A DNA stretch of 60,017 nt, the filler included, from Sphacelaria rigidula (lineage: Eukaryota), in NCBI GenBank assembly GCA_964200075.2. It is 9 parts of 9 records of this genome, joined end to end, with 100 filler letters (N's around TTAATTAATTAA, not from the genome) between each part and the next. Parts side by side here need not be neighbours in the genome. Positions count along the whole stretch, not along the records: positions 20,041 to 26,620 come from CAXNAA020019239.1; positions 26,721 to 33,300 come from CAXNAA020019240.1; positions 33,401 to 39,980 come from CAXNAA020019241.1; 6 more parts are not named here. One strand, written 5' to 3'. Numbering within the stretch: the first letter of the stretch is position 1; every line of letters starts with the position of its first letter. The translations under genes were made by a program, and so were the position numbers. The notes beneath the pieces are model-generated. The model did not search any database, was not told where the DNA came from, and was given only the letters and a program-made list of their open reading frames with translations. Positions 25,765 to 38,123 of this stretch are shown in pieces.

Positions 25765-26620
25765 TTGGGCCGTTTCTTCCGATTGGTTATTTTCCCTCTC
25801 ATTATTTTCGCAACATATTTTGAGGAAAAAATACCGCTGGGAAAATACTATGAGAGATGTTGACCCTAGCTTACGGGCGCAGATATATTTTTGAGGGGGG
25901 CGGGTACCAAAAGGGTGGGGGGATACCAAAAGAAAACGGTCGGCGGAAACCGAAGGGATGTGCAGGCCAAGGCGAGGTACAAAGACCTAAAGACTTTGCC
26001 ATGCCAAGCTCCCTGTGTTTATTTATGTAAAAAGACCTGAAACGTAGACCTCCCCCGATCGCTGCTGGCCCAGCTCGCACTGTGTGCAACCTGCCATCTT
26101 CAATCTATACTGCCAAATCACGTACGCGGCAGTACAGACCAAAGTACTGCACTGTCTAGTACTGTCTGTACTGAACTCCTCCACATCAATCCTAGTGCAG
26201 CCGTTGTATATTACCGTCTCCAACCTGACATGTGCGCATGTATACTGCCGTATGCGGCAGGCAGAACAGGCAGTATTATACTGCTTAGTTCTGTCTGTAC
26301 TGCACGTTGCCCACATCATCATTAGTACAGCCGTTGTACTACTGGCAAACTAACCTCTTCATCCTACTGTACTGTTGTACTGTTGGATGCGGCAGTACAA
26401 CCCACGTAGTGTCTGTACTACACGTCGCCCAGATAATTTTCGGCAGCTGTCGGGTGCAGCATGGCATGTGGATCCTACTGTTCAATCGGCAGTACAGACA
26501 GTACAGTACTGCCTGCTTTTGTCTGTATTGCACGTTGTCCACATATCTCACGCTGTACGCATCATTTTTTCTACAGCCGTGCGTACTACTGTTGTGTGCA
26601 AGCTGACACCTACAACTCAC

Positions 26621-26720
26621 NNNNNNNNNNNNNNNNNNNNNNNNNNNNNNNNNNNNNNNNNNNNTTAATTAATTAANNNNNNNNNNNNNNNNNNNNNNNN
26701 NNNNNNNNNNNNNNNNNNNN
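26621..26720. other. artificial contig spacer
   Basis: N44-TTAATTAATTAA-N44. Confidence 0.98.
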
Positions 26721-28542
26721 GGGAAAGCACTGTTTTAGGCTTGAGCCTCATCTCGAAGTTAAACCTCAATTCGCACAATTTGTTGTTATTTGCGGTCCTT
26801 TCTGTTGTTTATGACTAATGCCGAGATAGCCCCCCTACAAAAAGTCCACCAAAGACCGTCCGGCAAACCGGCTGCGATTCCACTGTTGGGCTCGTTTGCA
26901 GCAACTTCGCCCACATGAGAGGCGTGTAGCAGTGCGAAATCAGCTATGACGCCCAAATGAGTCGCATTGGGCAGCAAGAAACCAGCTCTAACGGCATTTA
27001 TGAGTATCGCCCCCGTCCACTTTTTTGGCCGGTTGGGGGGGGGGGCTATCTCGGCAGCAGTCGTACGTAGGAATACTCTTTGTGGATACTGTATTAGTCC
27101 GAGCAAAGTGTTTGTGGTGCGGGGAACAACCCGAGGTTTTTGTGGTACGTACGGAAGTGCGTTGGTCCGGGTTCCATCGCTGGAACCATGTGGTTTCTGG
27201 AGTTTCTGGGATGTAGATGACGCGAGCTTGCCTACATTGCTCACTCCACTTGCCCGATCGGTCTCTTTGGACCGAGGTCTCAATAATACAACAATGCATC
27301 TTTTTCTCCAGAAATCACGAGTTTTACCAACACGCTATGGCGCATCAGTCGACTGCTGCTTCGTCCCCCCTGAACTGTGCATGAGACTGTCGAGGGAAGC
27401 TTGATCAACCTGCCTCATCATGGCTGAACCGGGGAACAAGGATCCTGCGGTTGACCCAGCTGAGGGTGGATCGCAGGAAGTTGTTGGGAGGATTTGTTCC
27501 ATTAAGACACAGTTGTCTCAACTTATGATTCTAGTATTGTCGCTAGTTGAGCAACAGGGAAGGAAAGTGGAGTCCTCTGGTTTTGTAGCTGCCGCGCCGG
27601 GAGGCACCGGGCTAGAGACTAGTATGCATCTTTCTGACGATGCTACTGGTGGGACCGCGGGAAGTACGGGTGGCGATGCCCAAGGCTCAGGCGTGTCCAG
27701 CATGTGGGCTGGGAGTAGTAGTCTTGCAGACTCAGGCTTGGGCCCCCATGTATCTACTGTTATTCGGTACTGGTGGGACCGCGGGAGGTAGGGGTGGCGA
27801 TGCCCAAGGCTCAGGCGTGTCCAGCATGTGGGTTGGGAGTAGCAGTCTTGCAGACTCGGGTTTGAATCCACATGTATCGTCTTTAGATAATTCCTCTGTT
27901 GCTGCAGTAAACTTTGGTTCAATCGGGACTGTAGGTGGGGCTTTAGGCCAGTCCTCTGTTCCGCCTGCTCCTTCTCTGTCGAGTAAGTGGTGGGAAAACG
28001 TAGCCAGTGAAAACGCCCTGATTCCTGGGGCTAACATTTCTGACACAGAAGAGAAGTTGGGTGGGAGTCCTTTTAAAGTTCCCAATGCTCCTGTTTTTGA
28101 CGGCAACGACATGTCGTATCCGTCACGGTCGCAGAACTTTCTGTTGAGTGCCCGACACAATAATCTGTATGAGACGTTTGCTTCTGAAGCTGATATTCCG
28201 ATTGCAGACATTGGTTTCGACTTACCAACATGAAAATGTTGTTGAAATTTATACAGCCAGTAATCTAGCTGCTTGTTTCGTTCTGAATTTTGACTGTAGC
28301 AATTTAGCGGTGCAATAGATTCCGGTTTATAAAGAGCTCCACTTATGACCCTGGATGCAGTACCGTTTCATATGGATCCTTGATGGTTGATATCTTGAAG
28401 TCAAGAAAGATAACAGAGAGGTGTGCAACCTGATGCTTGAGGGACTATCGCACGAGTACAAGGCTTTGGGTGAAACTCATGTGGTGTCCTGTCCGAATGA
28501 CCTATCGTTCATAGAGAGAAGAGGCACTCGAGGAAGGACTGC

Positions 28543-29960
28543 GTGGCTCGCGTGATCGCTAATCCTACCCAAACCGGAAAACCCGAGGATGCCGAGGATG
28601 AGAACGTTGAGAGGTTTAGTTTGGTGTTGCTCTCTCACACCCGCTTGAACAACTGGAGTGATCTGACGTGTCTGGTAGCATTTTACCATGCCATGCTGCG
28701 TGAGTGCTTATTCAGTGATGATGCTGTTCGTGAGTTCTCTTCTCTTGTAAGGAAGGATAGGTGTGTCGAAGATTGGTACGCAGACACGAGTACTGATTTC
28801 CACATGACTGATTTTCTCTCTTGTATGAAGGACGTAAAGCCTTGCCACAAGAACGTAAGAGGGATTGATGGCGTGACTTGTGAGGTAGCACTCTCTGGAA
28901 CACTGGAGTTGGTGTTTGTGACTGCTGACAGCGAATGTTCCGTAAAGTTGGAGAACGTGTTGTACTCTTTCAACTTAGGGTGTAACCTCGTTACCCCCAG
29001 CGCAGAGTTTGATGGCAAGTCATGGAACGATCTTGGTTGTCCTGATGGTGTGATGACTGCTTACGACGGACATGTTACTTTTCGGAACTTCGATGTCATG
29101 CTAATTGCGACTACGTATAGTCTGGGAGATGCCTCTGTTGGTTCGGTGTTGGCTGCCCTCACTCCTTCAAACCTCAAGCATGAAAAGAAGATGGATGTGA
29201 ACGAAATCCATAACATTCATGCTCATTTACACGAGGGAGTACTTCGTACTACTGCAGAACGACTAGGTACCGAGTTGACCGGTGACATGCATGCTTGTAC
29301 GGGATGTTCGATGTCGAAGGCTATTGGGAAAGGAATGGCTCATGAAACTAAACGTAGATCGGATAAAAAAATGGGCAGAGTTTTGTTGACGTGGGAGGGA
29401 GGGAGGACGTTGCGTCCGTAGGGCGTAAACACTACCCCATGTTTGTGAAGGATGATTTCACAAAGCGTGCATGGAAGTATTTCCTGAGAAGTAAATCAGA
29501 CGCTGGGAGTGCTTCCCGAAGTTTTCTCGCTAGCGTGCGTGCTGATGGAAACCCATCATTGGTTGAGATTGCTAGATCTGACAATGGAGGGGAGTTTTTC
29601 GGGGGGGAGTTCGCATCCGTATGCAATGAGCTTTTGATCAAACAAGAACTCATTCCGGCATACAGTCCCCAATATAACGGTGTTGCAGAGCGTGGATTGG
29701 GGTTGATTGAGGAGGCCGCTATGGTGGCTCGTATTCAGGCGGAAGTTCTGTTTGGGCATGTGCAGTTACCTAAGACTGACAGACTCTGGGCTGAGGCAAT
29801 GCATTAGGCTTGCGAGGCACTTGACCGCACAGCGTGCTCTGCTAACCCTGACTCTAAGTCGCCGTATGAGATGTGGTATAGAGAACCTCGTCCTGCTAAA
29901 CCGTATCCGTTTTTGAAGCCGGCTTACTGCACGTGGCAGCGACCGTCTAAGCTGCTACCG
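28543..29960 (+). pseudogene. pol: copia protease + GAG-pre-integrase + integrase core (frameshifted)
   Basis: ORFs 28543-29421, 29391-29807 and 29871 onward carry the motifs listed for the element. Confidence 0.9.
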
Positions 29961-30619
29961 AAAGGCGAGAGTTACGTTTATGTCGGTCCATCGAGAGACC
30001 ACCCGCGTGATAGTCATAAAGTACTTACGAGGGCTGGGACTATTCAGGAAACGAGAGATGTGACGTGGGAGACGTTGCCGTCACAGCTCCCTCCACCGCA
30101 ACCTCCTCTGCCGATTGAGATTGCGGAAGAGGGAGGGGAAGAAAGTGACGACGATGTAGAAGCTGAAGTATGGCCGCTTGCAGGAGGAGGAATTCAACAC
30201 ATTCGTAATCGTGTGAAACGTGATGCAGTGTTACCCTACATCGCAGGGTTCAATGAGGTTGGCAGTGTTGATGCAGGCAGTGTAGGTCAGTCCCCTTCTC
30301 TTCCATCTTTCCCCTCTGCACTGTCTTCGCCCGTGAACAACTCCTCTAGTAGAGCGGCTCCCTCTGTGTATTCTTCAGCGCTTGAGATAGACGGGGGGGG
30401 GGGCAGGGGGGGCAGGGGATAGGAGAAGTAGGGACGGCGGATCCGGGAGGGGATGATGAGGTAAAGTCGATTGGGCCGGGAGAGCAAGAAGTAGCGGCGG
30501 AGGCACCTCCTCCAGCCACTCGCCGTTCGCGGCATGTCGCTTGCTAATTTTAATACTGATGCGCGTGAGAATGATGAAGTAAGAGAAGGTAGAACTCGTG
30601 CGCAAACTCGTTCAGAATG

Positions 30620-32180
30620 TTGAGTCAGAGCCTGGTAGCTATCAAGAAGCCCGGCAATCGAAGCGCGCAAAGATTTGGGATGGAGCCATGTCTGCAGAAG
30701 TTGAACGCTTGATAAGAGCAGGAATTCACGTCAGCAGTAAAGAGCCCAGTAAGCTGCAATGTGATTGATGCTGGATAGGTTTTCAAATAGAAAACAGACG
30801 AAACACGGAAGATAGTGAAGGCCAAGGCTAGGCTTGTAGCGAAGGGCTTCAAGCAGAAGTATGGTATAGACTATCTTGAAACGTTTTCGACGGAAGATAG
30901 TGAAGGCCAAGGCTAGGCGTGTAGCGAAGGGCTTCAAGCAGAAGTATGGTGTGGACTATCTTGAAACTTTCTCGCCTACTGCAAATACTGCAACGATGCG
31001 ATTGCTGGAAGCGTTGGCGTACAAGTACAACTTGGAATTACCCCACTGGGATATTGAGCAAGCGTTTGTTCAGTCGGAATGGGATCCCGAGGTGTTCATG
31101 AAGTTGCCTGCCGGCTGCGGTTCGATGTCAGGAGAGGTTGTCCGTTTGAACAAGAAGTTGTACGGATTGAAACAGGCATCTAGAACATTTTTCAAGAGGC
31201 TAGTGTCGAACCCGAAAACGAATGGTTTCTAGCAGTCTCTGTCTGATCCCTGTGTCCTGCGTTTCACGATGGGAGACGAGGTGGTGGATATGGTCGTGAT
31301 TGACGTAGATGACATTCTGTATGCAGGAACGAAGAGTCTTGCCAAGGTGGTAGTGAAATCGCTAGGCGACTCTCTTCCTACGAAGAATATGGGTGAGATC
31401 AAGTTTTTTCTTGGTTGCGCATTTATTCGCGACCGCGAGGCTGGCACGATTGAGATTTCTCAAGAAAGTTACTCAGGAGTGTTCTCGAGAGATTTAATAT
31501 TTGTCGCACCGGCTCGATTCCTGCTTCCCTTGCCAACGAGAACAGGTTCTTGATGGAGGATGAGGGGGCAGGAGATGTGCCGTTCCGAGACGTGGTGGGG
31601 AGCCTGATGTGGATCGCCAACCAGACAAGGCCCGACATCTCGAATGCTGTGCGGGCGGTGGCGACGCACTCTCACGAGCCAAAGAAGAGCCACTGGAAGG
31701 CAGCCTAGAATATTCTGAATTATCTTCTGGAAACGGCACCTCTAACTTTGAAGTTCAAGCAGGACAGTACGGTAGAAATAGGCACGGTGGCGTATGTGGA
31801 TACCGACTTTGCAAGCAAGACCACTAACCGTAGATCAGTTTCGGGAGCGTTGGTTTTTGTGGCTGCCATGCTTGTAGTTTGGATCTCTAGTACGCAGAAA
31901 TGCGTTTCACAGTTGACTTCTGAAGCAGAGTGTCTTGCGATGGGTGATGGTGTGAAGGAGGCTTTGTTTGTGAACGGAATGCTTCAGTTCTTGAGGCCTA
32001 GTGTGAAGCCTTGTGAGATTGAAGTACTTGGGGACAACGAGGGTGCGATTGCGCTTCCAGAGAATCCACTTAGCTCGTGCAGGAGTAGGCACATCGACGT
32101 GAGGCACCACTTTCTTGGGAATTTGACCGAAGAGGGTGTGATGGAGATCACGCATGTCCCCATCGAAGAACAGCATGCGA
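30620..32180 (+). pseudogene. pol: copia reverse transcriptase + RNase H (disrupted)
   Basis: ORFs 30876-31232, 31269-31553 and 31748-32215. Confidence 0.9.
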
Positions 32181-32393
32181 GTCGTGCTACGATAGGGTTC
32201 CACTTTTTCGGCTAAAATGTTCACCTAGTAGCCAAAATCGAGGTTGCAGGCGAGGAGGATGAGCTCGTTTGGAGAGGTCTGCGTGCAAGGCGATGGGCTC
32301 CCGGTATGCACGACTAGTGTTCCGTTGGCATTTCTGGGGCACTTCACCCTCGGTGAAGGTCATGATGTCCGTTTTTGTGGGATTTTACGTGTA

Positions 32394-32957
32394 TTAATCA
32401 AGCGGTGATCCTACTCCACGCACCATTAACTCCTTGACACACATCCTACTCCACACACCGAACTTCGAACCGGCATCAGCACCGCGGAGACTCGCCGACG
32501 TCGACAACCTGGTTTGGACCTTGTATTTCTCCACGTATCCTTCGTCTACTATCCACTCGACCTCGACCTCCGCAGCGAGAAGAAGGTTGAATTCCCCCCC
32601 CCCAATGCAGTTTGTATCTGTGACGTCTCGACTTGCGGTCTGTTTGAACCGAGGTGACACTAGCTTTAAACGTTTTCTTGACCCTCCATAGTTTTGCACC
32701 CTAGGACAAATACGGTCTCGTGAACTTTTTTCGACTTCTGCTCCGATATTGAAAAGCTTGGGTCGTACTGGGCACCAGCGGATATCCTCCTTGGAAAGCG
32801 GTTCTGCTTCAAAGTCACTGAAAGCTCTTCGGCTGATGTTCTCCACCTCCACTGCACCCGTTTGAGACTGAGCGAGGATGCACAAATACAGAAGAAAAAG
32901 CGTCCGTGTTTGCTGACTAAGCAGAAGTAGAATAATCTTCCCTCCTTTCAACTTCAC
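32394..32957 (-). CDS. unassigned 187-codon ORF, possibly an exon or a decayed TE/viral gene
   Basis: long stop-free frame with protein-like composition; possible acceptor gctcag| at 32868; no recognised motif. Confidence 0.3.
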   Translation of the reverse strand: MKLKGGKIILLLLSQQTRTLFLLYLCILAQSQTGAVEVENISRRAFSDFEAEPLSKEDIRWCPVRPKLFNIGAEVEKSSRDRICPRVQNYGGSRKRLKLVSPRFKQTASRDVTDTNCIGGGEFNLLLAAEVEVEWIVDEGYVEKYKVQTRLSTSASLRGADAGSKFGVWSRMCVKELMVRGVGSPLD

Positions 32958-33300
32958 GCTCCTTCCCTGTTGTTCTGAAAGGGGATGAGCAAGCGTGTAT
33001 CCCTATGTCGATACTCCTACACCAATACTGTACATGACATTAGCTGCTCATCTGGGCTCGCTGGGGACATTCTACATGTATGACGGGCAGGAGATCGACG
33101 ATTAGGACGAGATGTACATATGAAAACATTCACTAGAGCGAGATGTCATCGCCTGCCCATTGCGGGAGGTGTCAGCGTCCCGCAGTCATGGATGGGGTAG
33201 AGAATACGTTTTCCCGAGTCTAGTATGAACAACGATGCGATCATCTATTTTGTCGAGCAATTGCCATGGTTAGGCATAAACTCCTATGCGACGCCTGTGT

Positions 33301-33400
33301 NNNNNNNNNNNNNNNNNNNNNNNNNNNNNNNNNNNNNNNNNNNNTTAATTAATTAANNNNNNNNNNNNNNNNNNNNNNNNNNNNNNNNNNNNNNNNNNNN
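33301..33400. other. artificial contig spacer
   Basis: N44-TTAATTAATTAA-N44. Confidence 0.98.
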
Positions 33401-33506
33401 ATCTCGCATTTGGATGACAGCCGACAATGAGTTGCTTTATTCTGTTGTATCACCACTTCCAGAGGCAGCCACAGCTTTTACACTGCCTCATGGGTGTCTA
33501 ACCAGA

Positions 33507-33748
33507 ACGATAGGAGGGGGGGGGTATTTTGGGCCATTTCTTGCACGAAATTCCGAGTCAAATCGTCGTTGAAAGCAGCAACGGTTGCTCGAACGAGCTT
33601 GTTATAGATAAATAACGCTCATTCATACCGATAGACACAGGTTTGAACCAAATACAAGCGCACGGCGAGTGCGGTAGGTTGTCTATCACATTGATGAGCC
33701 TCTTTTTTCATGCAACCAAATACCCCCCCCCCTATCGTAGGATGGCTC
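33507..33748. mobile_element. MITE family D (TIR gagtcatcctacgataggggg), abutting the truncated gypsy integrase
   Basis: colinear with 59754-59955; right end ccccctatcgtaggatggctc matches 53439-53494. Confidence 0.8.
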
Positions 33749-34960
33749 CCAGCATCCTCCGACAAACCTTGAGAAGCTGGCGGGTCACTCTCGCCCACGT
33801 GCAAGACGTCAAAATGAACGACTTCATTCGGCGTGGTCCCATGGACCGTTTCACCAAGCGGGCGGGGAAAAACATCACCCGCCCTCGAGTCAGCACAATG
33901 AAGACACTGGCGGACAAATTCGCGCACATTAGTTTCTATCCCCTGCCAGACACTACTCTTACAAGCGCACGGGCGTCGCAGCCACATCACGATGCCCGGC
34001 ATCGAGCATGTGCGCGCAAATCGTCCGACGTACCTGCAAGTGCTTGTCAGAACTCGGAATACACAAAATGTTTCGGCCACACACATGCACACGAAATAGA
34101 CCTTCACTGTCGAAAGTAGCAGTACCAACGTTCGACTCGAAAGATTGCACATCCGCATCTTCGGCCCCAAGGTCTTTTCGTTGCGCTTGGCCGACAGCAG
34201 ATTTGGACGGCATCGAGTCATCAGGTTCGCACGGACCATACACAGCCACAGTGCGTGCAGGCAAAGTGGAATATTTACCCAGCGCGACAACAAGTCACCC
34301 CACGCGTTACGTTCACCCGAAATATGAAAAATCGTTGAGCGATACTGGCCTAATACACCTTTCCACCCCTCCAATCGCTGTGCCAACGCCTTCGACACAG
34401 ACGTCACGCATGCCTCCGGGTTGAAAATGTACGCTAGATTTCGGTGATCCGTGAAAATGTGTACGCCATTCCACAATAGATGCTCGAGACGACAAATAGT
34501 GCTCACGATAGCGAAACCTTCTTTGTCAATGGTTGCCCAACGCATCTGTGAACCCTTGAAATTACCACTTAGAAAAGCCAGCGGTTCATGCGTCATGTCT
34601 TCAACCGGCAACCGTTGTTGCATTTCTGCATTAGGCACCTGCGTGACAAAGCTACCCCAATGACAATCGGATGCATCCGGAAACATCGGCACCTGGCAAC
34701 CGGGGCGGGGATGGAACAGCGTCACGGCGTGAGCCACCAGATCCTTCGCTGCCGCCCATGCCTGCGGCCTGTCCTCCGTCTACGAGGCGGGTGAAATAAC
34801 ACGATTTTTTGCCACCCGCTTCGTGCCCCTTGCTGCCCCCACCATGAGTTCGTCTAGAAAACCGCGTAAGGGCACCACTACTTCAGCCATACGTGGCAAC
34901 GAGGTACGTAACCAGTTCATTGCGTGCAGGAATTACATTAGTTCTGCGGCTGTTTCTGGA
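33749..34960 (-). pseudogene. pol: gypsy RNase H + integrase Zn-binding and core start
   Basis: FPDASDCHWG, WATIDKEGFAI, FTDHRNL, NAWGDLLSRW; AHMLDAGH...CLHC; PNEVVHFDVLH; frameshifted. Confidence 0.9.
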
Positions 34961-34969
34961 CGCCGCATG

Positions 34970-35875
34970 TCAGACAAACCTTGCAAGTGGACCGCGGCCG
35001 TGTGAGTATACTCTCCCATACCACACTAGTTCACTAGCAAAAAAGGTACACTTGTGGGCAGCTGCAAACAGATCAACACTCTCTAAGCAAGCCAAGATTG
35101 CATCAAGCGTATCCAACAGTTCGTCTTCCGTATCCGCGAAGAAAAAGACATCATCCACCCAAATTTTGCATTTCAAGCCATCTAAAAGGTCGACCATGAC
35201 ACCTTGAAAATAGCAAGTAGCATTCAACACGCCTTGCGGTACTCTCTGCGGGGTAAATATGCCAAACGGAGTCGTGACTGTGAATATCTCTTGCGCCTCT
35301 TCGGCCAACGGCATCTGCCAGTACCCCTGTAGGAGGCCCAAGTTACCGAAATATCGCGCACTCAACGGGTCTATCATGTCGGATTCCTGATTGGGCATGA
35401 CACCCGGCGGCTTCTCCACCTGATGATTGACGGCTCCGTAATCGCTAACAAGACGGAAAGAGTCCTTCTTCGGCCCCGCCATCGCTGGACTGGACCACAC
35501 CGCCTGTAGATTCCTGAACACCAACCCAAACGCCACAAGAGCTCCCATGCAAGAAGCTAGCCAACTGGACTTTACCGGATCATACCTCCTCGGTTTTGCC
35601 TTCACCGCGGCCGCCCCTGGCTTCAGTGTAACCCTCATGGGTTCCACGCGCGCAGGGGGATCACCCCTCAGCGCACGACGAAACGCGTTAACGTGGCTAT
35701 ACAGTATGCCACGCAAGCGCTCCGCTTTTGAGACTTCGAGGCCATTTTTCACCGCATCCGTCACGCTTCCCTCAAGCGCGGCATTTCGCACGGACTCTTC
35801 TTCCGCCGTCTCCATAAAAATATCGGGGCCGCGCTCCACCAAGCGTTCCACCGCCTCATCACGCTCCTCGGACAC
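34970..35875 (-). pseudogene. pol: gypsy reverse transcriptase
   Basis: WSSPAM, FRLVSDY..VN, GYWQMPL, RVPQGVLNA, catalytic motif WVDD. Confidence 0.92.
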
Positions 35876-36652
35876 CTACCCCCCCGCCTCCTGGAGAGCA
35901 TCAACCGACAAGCTCACTCTGCGAGTGGCCAAAAAAGCAGGCGTCTCGACACTCCAACCGGGCGACGGCATTTGCGTTTTTAGGGACTCCAACAACCGAT
36001 CATACGGATCGACTCCGAGTCCCCGAAGCATCGGTAGGCCCAACAGTACGACACCATCCGTCCCCGGCATGATCGCAAACGATATTTGGGGCAATTTTTC
36101 TGGCCCCCAAGTAGTCAGGAACGCCAACTGTAGGGGAATCGTACGCTCCGTCACATTTATACGTTGCCCCGATGCGGTGATGGCCTGCCGCGCCCCGAGC
36201 GAAAACGGGATTCGGATTTGCTCACCGGGGAGTAGACGCTCCAGCATCTCCACAATTAGCACCGACATGCTCGTGAAGTGGGCGCCTGAATCCAATACCG
36301 CTTTGACCGATATCGCTCCCCGCGCCCGTTGATCGGGCAGATATAACTCGACAGGGACATAATTGTCTTGGTCCTCGACCGGCACCTGCTCCGCCGACTG
36401 ATTGTTTGTAATCCCCACTTGGCGCCACGACTGCGCGCGAGGCGCAGGCAGAGACGCCCCCGCTGGGGTCACCGGCACCGCCGGCGGGTACGAAGCCCCG
36501 CCCGCAGAACCAAATTGCAGCGGGACCCCGGCCGACGCAGCAGCCGATCCAAATTGCAGCTGAAAACCGGCCGGCTCCGCAGTCGGCGGCTCGCCTTGCT
36601 CTGCTGCCGGCGGCGCCGGCACCGAGCCCGACACCAGAGAGGTCGGTCCCAC
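35876..36652 (-). pseudogene. pol: gypsy aspartic protease region
   Basis: AVLDSGA active-site motif and VVLLGLPML; in frame with RT across a TAG. Confidence 0.88.
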
Positions 36653-36868
36653 CTGGGCCGCCCGTTGCGGAGCAGCAGCCCCTGCGGCTGAACCAAACCC
36701 AGAACCGGACCCCTGCTGACGCCGCTGCCCCTGCTGCTGCTGCTGCTGCTGCTACTGGGAAGTCGACTGTGCATCTCCACCGCTGGAAGATCCGCCGCCG
36801 CCGCCACCACGACTACCTCGTATTTTGCCCTTGTGAGGGCGCGCGGCACTCGTCTGCCCAGACTCCCC

Positions 36869-37704
36869 CTAAGAGGGCGTTGGGCACTTCCGTGCGATGT
36901 GACCTATCTGGCCACACTGAAAGCAAGTAAAATTGGATGCGGCACTGCCTGCGGATTTTGGTCCGCGGTTACGCGAGCTCGAAGACTGCGGCGACGAAGT
37001 GGATGATTTTCCGAATACTTCGACGCGCCGCCATGCCTGAGCCTCAGCCACCACGGTATCCATGACTGAACACGGGTCCGACTTCCAATTGGTTTCGTGC
37101 TGTAACTGTACAAGCACGGCCTGCTTAACTTCCGCCGGTGCCAGACCCTCCATCATCGCTTTGGTGACCACCGCAGCGGACCCTGGGCGAAATTTCCCAT
37201 CGGACGAACGATAAATCATCTCTACGTTGGGATTTTCGCAAAACACGTTTCCAACTTAACCATTATGGGCTCCACCCTCTCACGCATGGTCCTCCCCTTG
37301 TGGTTCATTGCGACAGCCTTTGCCACGGCCGCGGACGCCTGAGTAAGCTCTACCTCCGCGCCTGCCGCATGCCCTGCGTGCTTCTTTATCGCTGCGGCCA
37401 ACTGCAGCGGCGTTATGGTATGCTTTTCATGGAACCGTCTCGCGAAGACGCGTTGCAAGAGTGTTGGTACTAATTGCGCCATCGAAACCACCTGATGCCC
37501 CACCGCACCCCCTGCATTCGCATGCTCCACACTCCTTTTGTATTCCATGTATCTCGTGTAAAACGATCGAGAGGCACCCTCAGAATATAAACTCCCGTAA
37601 CTGGGCGGCCGCAACTCTTCCCTTAGAACGACTGGGGTTACAGTCGTTTCTGCTGGCTCTACCGTCAGTACCTCCATAGTCGACATTCTTGAGCCTAAAT
37701 CCAA
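36869..37704 (-). pseudogene. gag: gypsy gag with zinc knuckle (frameshifted)
   Basis: CFQCGQIGHIARKC = CX2CX4HX4C; two overlapping ORFs 37222-37704 and 36869-37246. Confidence 0.88.
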
Positions 37705-38123
37705 GATTTCTCAAACCTTCTGGAACTTCAGTTCACACCTGCTTGCTTCGCCGCTCCAACACAGCCCTGGGGTCGTATAAACACCCGCTGTACGCAGCTT
37801 CAGCAAGTCTCCAGTCTGGATCAATCACGGGCCAGCCGCCTTTTCAGCTACCTCAGCTTGAAGCCTCCTCACGCGTCCGTGAAGCTCCATGCCCGAAGCT
37901 AATCACTAGTTGTCCAGACTCTCCCTGCTAAAAAATTTCAGCAGTCTCAAACGACAGCATCTACTAGCATGCCAGCACTAGCACTAATATCGATAGTGTG
38001 ACGCAAGCAGGTTTGCTAGCACTGTAGCGTCTAAATGCTGTTGAGGGACTCCCCAGATCCACTGGCCTCAAGGTCTCAGTTGTCAGCCTTCACAACACCT
38101 TATCATTATTCGGAGTAAACACG

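Larger units (their letters stand above)
27420..32180 (+). mobile_element. degenerate Ty1/copia retrotransposon, internal region; LTRs not identified
   Basis: copia order gag-PR-INT-RT-RH: WYADTSTDFHMT (protease), HAHLHE...CTGC (Zn finger), RSDNGGEF and YSPQYNGVAER (integrase), KAKARRVAKGFKQKYGVDYLETFSP, WDIEQAF, LYGLKQA, DVDDIL (RT), YVDTDFA...RRSVSG, SRHIDVRHHF (RNase H); many stops and frameshifts. Confidence 0.95.

Noticed and set aside
26080..26620. Cys/Tyr-rich ORFs on both strands
   Set aside because: Arise from GTACTG/CAGTAC-rich degenerate repeats, as at 18330-18990
26721..27419. 5' LTR and PBS of the copia element
   Set aside because: No TG...CA pair, PBS or matching 3' copy could be identified
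35547..36332. 261-aa plus-strand ORF
   Set aside because: Antisense shadow of the GC-rich gypsy pol frame
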